DNA from: Abditibacterium sp.
GTDB taxonomy: Bacteria; Armatimonadota; Abditibacteriia; Abditibacteriales; Abditibacteriaceae
Assembly: GCA_965246885.1 (NCBI GenBank)
Contig: OZ251992.1
Span: 3,168,001 to 3,232,000 of the forward strand
Direction: 5' to 3'
DNA length: 64,000 bases
Shown: one piece after another, positions 17,925 through 26,826 of the stretch
How the letters are laid out: every line of letters begins with the position of its first letter
Position numbering within the stretch: position 1 is the first letter of the stretch
The notes under the pieces: model-generated
Database searches by the model: none
What the model saw: the letters and a program-made list of their open reading frames with translations, nothing else
Told to the model about the DNA's origin: nothing
Translations under genes and position numbers: made by a program

Positions 17925-18418
17925 ATGAATCGCTTCTGGGTTTTCCCGCTCGCGTTGGGCGTTGCGTTCGCGCTGGGAATAACGCTTGCCGACGCGGAAA
18001 TGCGCGTTCCAAGGATGTTTGCCTATAGCCCCTCCCTGTTCTACGCCCCTTTCTCGCTCCACTATATGTGGTTGTCTTTTCTCGTCTCGGCGCCTTCATA
18101 GGGCTTGTTGCGGGCGCGTTTGATACATTCTTGAACGTCGGTAAACGGCGCGGTGGGAAACAATTGGTCGGCAACCTCGCATGGTGTCTGGGTTACGCCC
18201 ATGTGTTCATCATCCCGTGCGCCGTGAGCGAGGCGTTATTGCTCTCCTCTTCTGGCATGACACCAAAGCCTCCTGCTGGCATTCTCGTCTACGCACCTCT
18301 CCTCTTTTGGCTGCTCGCCATCTGTTGGGCTACCGTCCGCACCATTGCCGCGCCGGATGTGCTGACGCCGCGCGTGTTGGGCGAAAAGCTGCGGCGGTCG
18401 GTGCGGTTGGAGGGTTAA
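17925..18418 (+). pseudogene. possible frameshifted membrane protein gene
   Basis: hydrophobic ORF 17925-18101 appears to continue in the -1 frame (18068-18418). Confidence 0.35.
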
Positions 18419-18462
18419 ACGCCCCCTCTCCGGCACGCGCGTTGCTTGCGGCGAGGGGCGAT

Positions 18463-19695
18463 ATGAAAGCTCTCGTTTGGCATGGCAAGCACCATGTTTC
18501 CGTTGACAACGTTCCCGACGCGACCATCGAGAAGGCCGATGATGTCGTTCTCAAAATCACCACCACCGCCATCTGCGGCTCCGACTTGCACCTGTACGAC
18601 GGCGTCATCCAGACCATGAAGTCCGGCGACATTCTCGGCCACGAGTTCATGGGCGAAGTCGTCGCGGCGGGCAAGGATGTCACCAGCGCCAAGGTCGGCG
18701 ACCGCGTCGTCGTGCCGTTCAACATCGCGTGCGGCCACTGCTTCTTCTGCCAAAAGTCGCTCTTTTCGGCGTGCGACAACTCCAACCCCAACGGCGAAAT
18801 CAGCGAGAAACTCTATGGCCAACCCGCCGCCGGAATGTTCGGCTACTCGCATATGTTCGGCGGCTACATGGGCGGCCAAGCGCAATACGCGCGCGTCCCG
18901 TTCGCCAACAATCAGGTCTTCCAAGTGCCCTCGCACTTCCCCGACGAGATGGTGCTGTTTCTCACCGACATCTTTCCGACCGGCTACATGGCCGCCGAAA
19001 ACGCGCAAATCCAGAAGGGCGACACCGTTGCCATCTGGGGCGGCGGGCCGGTGGGCTTGTTCGCCGCCAAGTCCGCCTTCTTGATGGGCGCCGAAAAGGT
19101 CATCATCCTCGAAAACGTGCCGGAGCGCCTCAACCTCGCCCGGCAAATCGGCTGCGAAACCATAGACTTCGAGGAGGATAAGGACGACAACATCTTCGAC
19201 CAACTCAAGCAGAAGACCCAAGGGCGCGGCCCCGACTCGTGTATTGATGCCGTTGGCCTCGAAGCGCACGGCACCTCCCCCGGCGAAATCTACGACTGGG
19301 TGAAGATGGGCCTGCGCCTCGCCACCGACCGCCCCAACGTCTTGCGCCAAGCCATCCAAGCCTGTCGCAAGGGAGGCACCGTTTCGGTTCCCGGCGTCTA
19401 CGCGGGCTTTCTCGACAAATTCCCCTTTGGCGCCGCGTTCTCCAAGGGCCTCACTTTCAAGATGGGCCAAACCCACACGCACCGCTACATCAAGCCTCTG
19501 CTGGAGCACATAGAAAAGGGCGACATTGACCCAACGTTTCTGATTAGCCACGTCTTGCCCCTCGACCTCGCCCCCGAAGGCTACGAGACCTTCAAAAACA
19601 AAAAGGACGGCTGCACCAAAATCGTCCTCAAGCCCTTCGAGGAGAAGACCGCAGGTAAAATCCGCGACTTCATGACCCCCGAATCCAAAGCGTGA
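18463..19695 (+). CDS. zinc-dependent alcohol/formaldehyde dehydrogenase (MDR family)
   Basis: ICGSDLH, GHEFMG, CGHCFFC...C, TDIFPTG, GGGPVG. Confidence 0.92.
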   Translation: MKALVWHGKHHVSVDNVPDATIEKADDVVLKITTTAICGSDLHLYDGVIQTMKSGDILGHEFMGEVVAAGKDVTSAKVGDRVVVPFNIACGHCFFCQKSLFSACDNSNPNGEISEKLYGQPAAGMFGYSHMFGGYMGGQAQYARVPFANNQVFQVPSHFPDEMVLFLTDIFPTGYMAAENAQIQKGDTVAIWGGGPVGLFAAKSAFLMGAEKVIILENVPERLNLARQIGCETIDFEEDKDDNIFDQLKQKTQGRGPDSCIDAVGLEAHGTSPGEIYDWVKMGLRLATDRPNVLRQAIQACRKGGTVSVPGVYAGFLDKFPFGAAFSKGLTFKMGQTHTHRYIKPLLEHIEKGDIDPTFLISHVLPLDLAPEGYETFKNKKDGCTKIVLKPFEEKTAGKIRDFMTPESKA

Positions 19696-19708
19696 AACCC
19701 CTGATGGG

Positions 19709-19740
19709 AAGGCCCGTCGAGACATGTCTCGACGGGCCTT
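19709..19740. terminator. perfect 32-bp palindrome between convergent genes (probable bidirectional terminator)
   Basis: AAGGCCCGTCGAGACATGTCTCGACGGGCCTT. Confidence 0.6.
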
Positions 19741-19761
19741 GCTATTGTCGCGCAGAGCCGC

Positions 19762-20472
19762 TCAGTCCACTTCCTCATCATGCTCGGAACTCTTCACGCT
19801 GATGGGGGTTTCCAAGTCGGCGTTCTCTTTCAGAATATTTTCTAACGCTTCCACGCGCGAAACGGACTTGCGCCATTCCTTAGCTGTCTCGCGGTTGGCG
19901 GGGTTTTGCAGCGTCTCACGGCGAACGGCTAAGAACGCGCCCAGCCATGCGGCTTCGTCGGCGGAAGGGTCGGTGGCTTGTTCATACGTGCGGCCAATCA
20001 TGGCGGGCACGCCATCGGGGTCTTTATCGTTGCCGTGCTGGATAACCGAATCGAACAGGATGGCGTAGGCAATGGGGCTTTGCAGGCCCAATTCTTCGAC
20101 GTGCCCTTGCGCGGGCTGGCCGAAGATGCGGTCAACCACGCTCGCATACGCTGCGTTGAAGTCGTCGTCTTTGGCGGCTTCCTCCCACAACTTTTTGAAT
20201 CCCGCGTCGTCCAGCCCGGAAGTGTCGTCGCTTCCTTGCGAGTGCAAGCGGCGCAATTCATCGAGCATCGGCTCCAAATCGTTGCCGGGGTTGGTGCGCC
20301 CATACTCCTCGACGCACGCGACAACTTCCTCGTCGGCGGTGGTAAACCCGGCCCAGCCGCAGGTGTAGCCGCGCCCATCGCCCAAATCTTCGACGGAAGC
20401 GGTCGAAAGCTCGCTGTCGCCGGTTTCAAAAACGCAGGTGATTTTCTGAGATAGCAATTGGTGTTGATTCAT
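19762..20472 (-). CDS. GH46 chitosanase-like protein, no signal peptide
   Basis: FETG..VEDLGDGRGYTCGWAGFTT, DSVIQHG, WLGAFLAVRR, SRVEAL. Confidence 0.85.
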   Translation of the reverse strand: MNQHQLLSQKITCVFETGDSELSTASVEDLGDGRGYTCGWAGFTTADEEVVACVEEYGRTNPGNDLEPMLDELRRLHSQGSDDTSGLDDAGFKKLWEEAAKDDDFNAAYASVVDRIFGQPAQGHVEELGLQSPIAYAILFDSVIQHGNDKDPDGVPAMIGRTYEQATDPSADEAAWLGAFLAVRRETLQNPANRETAKEWRKSVSRVEALENILKENADLETPISVKSSEHDEEVD

Positions 20473-20568
20473 CGCGCCCCTCTCGTGCTTGATTCGCGCC
20501 AAAACGCGGACAACGCTCAGGTGGCGAAACTGAGGGCAGCTGTTTTTCGACCCTTCTTTTCCTGCTCC

Positions 20569-21564
20569 ATGAGTTCCCACCCGCCGCTTTCTTTGGCCGA
20601 CATAGACGCCTTCGACCCGCACGGCCCGCCCGGTCGCAAGTGGTGCCCGTTGTGCGGAAACGATAAACCCAAAGATGCCGCGCACCGCAGCCTGAGCCTC
20701 GACCGCACCCAAGGCGTGTGGAAGTGCCACCGTTGCGGCGCGGCGGGCCGCACTGTCGAGGCAACGCCCCGCGCTTCTCTTCCGCGCGGTTTAGAAGGTG
20801 CCTTCACCCTGTTCCCGCATCGGCCTGCCGCTTCCCGCCAAGCAATGACAGACGTCTGGGAATCAACGACAGACGTCCGGGAATCAACGACAGATGGCGG
20901 CGACTCGTTCACCGCTTCCCCGGAGCCAACGACAGACGTCGGATTTGATTGGCGGGGCGTTTGGGACGCGGCGGCGGGCGTCGGCGGAACGCGCGGCGCG
21001 GTCTATCTTGGAAAGCGGGGCGGCGGCGAAGCGGAAACGGAGCACGCGGGCGTCCGCTTTACCTCCGGCTGGCGAAGCGGGGCGTCCGTCTTGTTTCCGC
21101 TTGTCAACCGCCAAGGCGAGGTAGTCGCTGTTCAAGGGCGCGCGGTGCGTGGAAATGCCAAGATTACCTACGGCCCCAAAAAGGAGGGAGTCTTTCTGGC
21201 CCCCGCCGTTTTGGGTGAAGGCGTTGTTTGCAGTCCGTTCGCACGCGATGCTCGCGTCATCGTTTTGACCGAAGCGCCCATAGATGCGCTGTCCCTCGCG
21301 GGGTGCGGAGTTCCCGCCGTCGCGCTGTGCGGCACGAGCGGCCCATCGTGGCTACACCTCGCGTGCGGGCTACGCCGCGTCGCGTTGGCCTTTGACGCCG
21401 ACGATGCGGGCGAACGAGCGGCAACCGAGCACATCGCTCGCCTCTCGCCCTATGGCGCCCGGTGCGAGCGGTTGCGTCCCGAAGGAGCCAAAGATTGGAA
21501 CGACATGTTGCTCCAGTTGGGGCGCGAGAGCCTGCGCGAGTGGCTGGCGCTCCGCTTGATCTAA
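20569..21564 (+). CDS. DNA primase-like protein (Zn finger + TOPRIM)
   Basis: CPLC..CHRC; TEAPIDALSL, ALCG, AFDADDAG, KDWND. Confidence 0.85.
   Translation: MSSHPPLSLADIDAFDPHGPPGRKWCPLCGNDKPKDAAHRSLSLDRTQGVWKCHRCGAAGRTVEATPRASLPRGLEGAFTLFPHRPAASRQAMTDVWESTTDVRESTTDGGDSFTASPEPTTDVGFDWRGVWDAAAGVGGTRGAVYLGKRGGGEAETEHAGVRFTSGWRSGASVLFPLVNRQGEVVAVQGRAVRGNAKITYGPKKEGVFLAPAVLGEGVVCSPFARDARVIVLTEAPIDALSLAGCGVPAVALCGTSGPSWLHLACGLRRVALAFDADDAGERAATEHIARLSPYGARCERLRPEGAKDWNDMLLQLGRESLREWLALRLI
20845..20945. repeat. R21 repeat locus 3, in frame within the primase-like gene
   Basis: reverse complement of 20855-20875 is CGTCTGTCGTTGATTCCCAGA, 19/21 identical to unit 450-470; encodes MTDVWES-TTDVRES-TTDGGDS. 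Confidence 0.8.
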
Positions 21565-21594
21565 ATCGAACCGTGACCGGCTCGCGCGCCCGTT

Positions 21595-22191
21595 TCACCA
21601 CACGGCGGGCGGAGCGGCGGCGGGCTGGACGGGCGACGGCTCGCCCGTTTTGGCGCCGGTTGTTGTGGCGGCGGGGGTGGCGGGAAGCGGGCGCATTTTG
21701 ATGAGCTTGATGTCGGTGGCTTGGCCAGTCGCGGCGCTTTGTTCGGGGGTGCGGGCGCGGACTTCGATGATTACGCTCTCGTCGCCGTGTTGGTAGACGA
21801 TGGTGCCGCCCTCGCGCGGGCCGGAGTTGAGCGTCACGGCATACGAAGAGCCGAGCGTGGTGTTGGCGCCCACAACGGTGTTGTCGCCGGGAATGTCCCA
21901 CGAAAGGGAGAGGGGAACGTTGTTTTCCACCGGCACGCGTCCGGTGTAGAACTTCCACACGGTCTCCATGCTGTCCGAGGTGCTGAGCGAAAGCAAAAAC
22001 ACCGGGCCGCGCGCGAACGAGGCGCCGATGCGCGCGCCTTTGTAGCGCCACTGCTTGAACTCAGTTTTGACTTTGTCCTCGGTCGAAAGTGCCTTGGGCA
22101 CGGGGGTAGGAACGGTTGCGGCTTGGGCACAAGTAGCCGACAAAGAAAGCGCGACCAACGGGAAAAGCAACGAGCGGAAAGGTAATTGCAT
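21595..22191 (-). CDS. secreted hypothetical protein
   Basis: signal peptide (AQA-A), Pro/Thr-rich ends. Confidence 0.6.
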   Translation of the reverse strand: MQLPFRSLLFPLVALSLSATCAQAATVPTPVPKALSTEDKVKTEFKQWRYKGARIGASFARGPVFLLSLSTSDSMETVWKFYTGRVPVENNVPLSLSWDIPGDNTVVGANTTLGSSYAVTLNSGPREGGTIVYQHGDESVIIEVRARTPEQSAATGQATDIKLIKMRPLPATPAATTTGAKTGEPSPVQPAAAPPAVW

Positions 22192-22225
22192 CGCGCATAT
22201 AGTTTGACGGATTAGCACATCCGCA

Positions 22226-23818
22226 ATGAACCGTCAAACTACGCCCCTCATGTCGCGTCGTCGCACTTCGCCGCCCTTTTCTCCCTCTTCTCGCGCAGAG
22301 TCAGCCATCGTTGACGTAGCGACGGCGCAGTTGTCGGTGTTTGAACTTGCGGCGCAGTTGATTTGGGCGCTGGAGCAAGGCCACGAAGGAGCGCGCGATC
22401 AGGTCGGGGTGCTGGTCACGCGTTATAACGAACTATTCGGCCATGAGCATCACTTGCACTTGGAAGGAAAGATGGACGATGGGGACGCACCTCCCGGCGC
22501 GGCGCGGCGCAAAGTTCCCGAAGTCATCCCGCAGCAAACCTCTCAAGAAGTGCGGTCGCTCGCCGTAGCGCTTTCGGATGGGCGGGCGCTCTCGCATTGG
22601 GAAGAGGTGTTGGGAGAGGTCGCTTTGCGCCACGCCGTGCCGGGCGAGCCGTTTCAAATCAAGTTTATGCCCAGTGCGCAGCTTATTGGTTGGATGCAGG
22701 GGAAATTCTCCGGCGAGGCGCTACGCGCGCAACTGCGCGACTGCGACCTCGACACGGTGCTGCTCCTCTATGAAGTGCTGGGGATGGCGGTATGGCACAT
22801 GGAGCGGGGCGAGTCAGCCTCAGTGACGATGGAGTTGGATGAGTTAATCAACGCCATCGGCTGGGGCAAAGCGGCGCGGCGTAGTAGCGACGAGCGCAAT
22901 CGCTTGCGGTTGCGCGTGTGGCATTGGCTGCTGATTTTCGATTCGCTCCAAGTGATCGGGCACCGTCCGGGGCACTACCGCGATCCGGGAACGGGCCGGA
23001 TTCTCGACCTGCGCTCGGAGGACGCGCTCCTTCGCGTCATGGGCCAACGGACGACGAATAATTTGTCAGCGCCCGTTGTTCCCACTGCGGTTCCCACTGT
23101 CCCATCGGAGGTAAACATTTCGCCCGGTCTTTGGATAGAGCGGCATCGGGGCAATCGCCAAATCTTATCGGAGTTCGGCAACGTGCGGATTTTGGCGCGT
23201 CTGCCCTCTGGCAAAGCGGGTGGAGCGTGGGCGCGCTGTATCGGCATGACTTTGTTGCAACGTTGGCGCGAGCGCGCGGCGCGCTTTGGCCCGTTCAAGA
23301 CGGAACTTTCCAAAGCGCCGCTGCTCAAGGCGGAAGTAAAGGAGGCCTTTGCGCCGCGCAGGGGCAGGCGACCAAAACTGCAGACGGGCCAACGGATGCT
23401 TGCGACTCCCTTGACGCTACCGCTTACGTTTTCGCCCCCGCCTTTCCATCCGTGTGAGAGCGCCGCGTCAGGGTGTTACCGCTTCACGCGCCGCGCGTTG
23501 CTCATGGGGTTGTTCCGCGCTCAACCGGACGTGGAGCAGATTCTCAAAAGCAACGACCCGGCGCGCGCGCGCGACTACTGGGATCAGGCCATCGAAATGC
23601 TGCAAAGCGCGGGTTTCCTGTCCCTTTATCGGGAAGTCGAAGCGCCCATCCCCAAGCGCCAAGGCTGGCAGATGGAGTGGTTGGACGCCCCAGTGGACTT
23701 GGTGCCCGGTTTGGAACCGCTCATTGCGGCCTACTACATTCGCCAAAGATCGCACTTGCCCGTCCTCCTGCCTCGCGCTCGCAAGACGCGTGGACGCCCG
23801 CGCAAGCAAAGGTGTTGA
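22226..23818 (+). CDS. hypothetical protein, replication-initiator (RepA/TrfA)-like tandem winged-helix candidate with C-terminal AT-hook
   Basis: VTMELDELINAIGW..RNRLRLRVW and RFTRRALL..ARDYWDQAIEMLQSAGFL segments; RGRPRK; function call is inference. Confidence 0.5.
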   Translation: MNRQTTPLMSRRRTSPPFSPSSRAESAIVDVATAQLSVFELAAQLIWALEQGHEGARDQVGVLVTRYNELFGHEHHLHLEGKMDDGDAPPGAARRKVPEVIPQQTSQEVRSLAVALSDGRALSHWEEVLGEVALRHAVPGEPFQIKFMPSAQLIGWMQGKFSGEALRAQLRDCDLDTVLLLYEVLGMAVWHMERGESASVTMELDELINAIGWGKAARRSSDERNRLRLRVWHWLLIFDSLQVIGHRPGHYRDPGTGRILDLRSEDALLRVMGQRTTNNLSAPVVPTAVPTVPSEVNISPGLWIERHRGNRQILSEFGNVRILARLPSGKAGGAWARCIGMTLLQRWRERAARFGPFKTELSKAPLLKAEVKEAFAPRRGRRPKLQTGQRMLATPLTLPLTFSPPPFHPCESAASGCYRFTRRALLMGLFRAQPDVEQILKSNDPARARDYWDQAIEMLQSAGFLSLYREVEAPIPKRQGWQMEWLDAPVDLVPGLEPLIAAYYIRQRSHLPVLLPRARKTRGRPRKQRC

Positions 23819-23841
23819 CTCAGGCGCTTTAGTGCGCGCGT

Positions 23842-24408
23842 TCAGGTTTCAGAGGAATCGGGCGCAGGCGGAGCTTTGACGCCACCGGCAACGGACGCGA
23901 CGCGGTAGTTGCCGCCTTCTTTGACCATGACGTAGAGCGCCTTGGTGAGGCTGTCATCGTGCGAAGTGAGGTCTACTTCGATAAGGATGTGCCCACCCAC
24001 GTTTTGCGCGGGGCCATAAACGACCTTTTTGGGACGCACGAAAGCGGGGTAGACGCGCTCGATCATGCTGCCGAACGCTTCGGGGGAAGCAAAGTTTCCC
24101 TTTAAGCCTTGGCTCTGATACTTGACGGCTTCGGGCCAGTTGCCGACGTTGAACGCATGCAACTGCGCGCCGATGGTCTTGATGACCGAGGCGCGCTCGG
24201 CTTTGCTCGCCGGGTGCGGCTTGACGGCGGGCGCGGCCTTGCGGGGCGCTTGGCGCGGCGCGGCATCAGCGACAGCTACGCCGCCTGTCGGGTGCCAGTT
24301 GGAGTAAAAGAAGGCGCCGCCCGAAAGCAGCGCCGCGACGACTAACGCGCAAAGCCCAAAGCGCGCGGGGCGCCGCGACGGGGATGATTGTGGTGTGAAC
24401 ATCGGCAT
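23842..24408 (-). CDS. DUF4864-like membrane-anchored/secreted protein
   Basis: N-terminal hydrophobic segment; IGAQLHAF..A..Y.S....F.SPEAF..M..VYP pattern. Confidence 0.7.
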   Translation of the reverse strand: MPMFTPQSSPSRRPARFGLCALVVAALLSGGAFFYSNWHPTGGVAVADAAPRQAPRKAAPAVKPHPASKAERASVIKTIGAQLHAFNVGNWPEAVKYQSQGLKGNFASPEAFGSMIERVYPAFVRPKKVVYGPAQNVGGHILIEVDLTSHDDSLTKALYVMVKEGGNYRVASVAGGVKAPPAPDSSET

Positions 24409-24428
24409 TGCCCCACTCTTAGTGCATT

Positions 24429-25430
24429 TTACAAGCCCGCAAAGAGCGGCAATTGCCCGGTCGGGACGGCTTTCTTCGCTTCTTTGAGCGGCGCCGCGTC
24501 CAGCCCCAACGCGCGCAGGTCGGCGGCGAACTCTTCGGCGAAGCCGTGCGTCGTCCATACCTTCCGCGCTCCGCTCCGGCGCACATACTCGTGCAGGTCG
24601 GAGTAGCCCGCGTGATCCGACAGCGCGAACCCTTTGGGCGCCCCGTGCGCGAAGCGGCCATCGAGCGCCCAGCCCGACACGTTCGCGCACACAAGTTCGT
24701 GCGCCCCTTCCAACGCGCGCCACCACTTGGAGCGGCGGCACATCGCCGAACAGAGCAGTGCGCCCTCGACGCGCGCGCCTTCCTCGTGCACCGTGAAGGG
24801 CGCGAAGCTGGCGCCGTGCTGCTCATACACCGCGCACATCCGGGCGTGCGTCGCGTGCACCGCAATGGGAAAGCCGCACCCGTCCAACCCCGCCAACAAC
24901 TCCTGCCCCTTGCCGAGCGAGTAGCAAAACAGCACCGGCGTTTGGCCGTTCTCCAGCGCCGCGCGGCACCACGCCGTCACGTCCTCCAGCACATCTTGCA
25001 GTTCGGGGAACTCGTAGCGCGGGCGGCCAAAGGTCGTTTCCATCACCACAACGTCGGCGCGCGGCACTTCGATGGTCTCGCTCGAACGCGACGGGCGCAT
25101 CTTGAAATCGCCCGAATACAAGAGCCGCTCGCCATCGCGCGCTTCGACCAGAATCTGCGACGACCCCAACACGTGTCCGGCGGGATACAGCGACACGCGC
25201 GCGCCGTTCCACGCGAGCGGCTCGCCCCAACCGAGTGTCTGGAAGCGCGTCTTAGCCGCGCCGCGCGCGCGCATCATCGCCGCCGTCGCGGGACTGGCCA
25301 CGACGTGCGCGTGCTTCTTCATGTGGTCGGCGTGCGCGTGCGTCACCCACGCCGCCGCGCGCCGTCCGTGCGGGTCGAGGTGCAGATCGAACTGCGGGAG
25401 ATACAAGCCGCCGCGATAAAGAACTTCCAT
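24429..25430 (-). CDS. metallo-beta-lactamase-fold exonuclease (ligase-associated/SNM1-like)
   Basis: THAHADH, AGHVLGS, YSGDF, ETTFG, YSLGKGQ, SDHAG, THG. Confidence 0.88.
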   Translation of the reverse strand: MEVLYRGGLYLPQFDLHLDPHGRRAAAWVTHAHADHMKKHAHVVASPATAAMMRARGAAKTRFQTLGWGEPLAWNGARVSLYPAGHVLGSSQILVEARDGERLLYSGDFKMRPSRSSETIEVPRADVVVMETTFGRPRYEFPELQDVLEDVTAWCRAALENGQTPVLFCYSLGKGQELLAGLDGCGFPIAVHATHARMCAVYEQHGASFAPFTVHEEGARVEGALLCSAMCRRSKWWRALEGAHELVCANVSGWALDGRFAHGAPKGFALSDHAGYSDLHEYVRRSGARKVWTTHGFAEEFAADLRALGLDAAPLKEAKKAVPTGQLPLFAGL

Positions 25431-25442
25431 GAAATCCGGCTT

Positions 25443-26750
25443 TTAGCCAGATTCCGGACGCTTGGCAGGCGCGTCCGTGCCCTGCTCGCCCACTGTTCCC
25501 CGCAACTGCCGCGCCGCGCCCGCCACCCAGTAGCCGCTCTTGTTTTCCGCGTTCATCCACGCCACGCACGCCTCGCCTCCGTGCGAGCGCAGCCAACGGT
25601 CGAGAATCATCATCTCGTCCAACTGCGTCTTGGCGGTGTAATGGGCGGCGTCCTCAGGCGGCGCGAAGGTCGCCTTGATCTCTGCCCGCGCGCGCTCCCA
25701 ATCGGCGTCGGTGTTGGGAACGACCAAGTGACGGCGGACGGCGCCGCCGCGCACCAGAAACAGCGCCGTCGTCGGGCCGTTCTCACCGGGCAATCCCGGT
25801 TGCGCGATGACGGCGTTGTTTTGCTCGCGCATGCGCTCCAAGCGGCGCAAGCGGGCGGCGACCAGTTCGATGGCCTCCAACTCCAGCTTAATCTTGTGCG
25901 CGTCCTCAAAGCGCCACTCCTGCGACATGCGTTCCATGCGCGCGCGCAGCGCCTCGATTTGCGGCGCGTGCCCGGTTTGCAACAGCGCCACCAAGTCGTC
26001 GCAGATGCGCTGATAATCGGCGCGCTCGATTTGCCCGATGCACGGGCCAGAGCAACGCCCCAACTCGCGGTAAAAGCAGCCGCGCCCTTGCGGGTCTACT
26101 TCCAAGGCACCCTCGCACAAGCGCAGGGGAAACAGCTTCACGACGGCTTCCAAGGCCCAATACGCATGGCGCGGCGTCGTAAAAGGGCCAAGGTAGCGCC
26201 CCGACACTTCGCCCGCGCGCGGCGTTTCGAGGGGGCGGCTGTCCTCGCGCCGCATCCCCTCGCTCGCCTCGCGCAGGATGAGGCGCGTTTCGGCGTCGGC
26301 CTCGCCCTCGACGGGTTCGGCGCGCGTGATCGTTAGGCGCGGAAACGCTTCGTCGCTCAAGAGAAGATACGGATAGACGTTAAAACGCTTGTGCTGGCGG
26401 TTGAGAATCGGCTGGCGCTCGGCAATCAGACGCCGCTCTAACAGCAGGGCTTCCAATTCGCTGCCGACCTCCTGAAAGTCCATGCGCGTGATTTCCAAGA
26501 GGAGCCGCTTGATTTTCGCGGGACGCGGTTGCTGCGTGTTGGCGAAGTAGGAGCGCACCCGCTCGCGCAGGCATTTCGCTTTGCCGATGTACAGCAAGCG
26601 GTCGTTCATCCCGTAGAAGAAGTACACGCCCGGCGCCTTGGGCAGCGCTTTGCATCCCTCCTGAAAGCGTTTGCGCTTGCGGCCATCCAGCCGCCCCTCG
26701 AAAGGCGGCGGCGAGTGACGGGAACCAAAAGCGCGAAGAGGAACGGCCAT
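25443..26750 (-). CDS. UvrC/Cho-like GIY-YIG endonuclease with Cys cluster and UVR domain
   Basis: PGVYFF..LYIGKAKCLRERVRSYF, EALLLE, LGPF, CSGPC, MERMSQEWRFEDA; no C-terminal HhH region apparent. Confidence 0.85.
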   Translation of the reverse strand: MAVPLRAFGSRHSPPPFEGRLDGRKRKRFQEGCKALPKAPGVYFFYGMNDRLLYIGKAKCLRERVRSYFANTQQPRPAKIKRLLLEITRMDFQEVGSELEALLLERRLIAERQPILNRQHKRFNVYPYLLLSDEAFPRLTITRAEPVEGEADAETRLILREASEGMRREDSRPLETPRAGEVSGRYLGPFTTPRHAYWALEAVVKLFPLRLCEGALEVDPQGRGCFYRELGRCSGPCIGQIERADYQRICDDLVALLQTGHAPQIEALRARMERMSQEWRFEDAHKIKLELEAIELVAARLRRLERMREQNNAVIAQPGLPGENGPTTALFLVRGGAVRRHLVVPNTDADWERARAEIKATFAPPEDAAHYTAKTQLDEMMILDRWLRSHGGEACVAWMNAENKSGYWVAGAARQLRGTVGEQGTDAPAKRPESG

Positions 26751-26826
26751 AGCGGGGCAAAGTACAGTGTGGCAAGACGGGGCCGGGTTCCGCGCGGAAT
26801 GGGTTAATGGGTGCCACACTTTCCCC

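Noticed and set aside
24453..26336. Long antisense ORFs (also 13670-14767, 14529-15851, 18415-19725, 42400-43674, 48690-50282)
   Set aside because: Shadow frames opposite well-supported genes, expected at high GC.
19762..26750. Intact prophage or ICE
   Set aside because: No integrase, tRNA/att repeats, structural or conjugation genes recognised.
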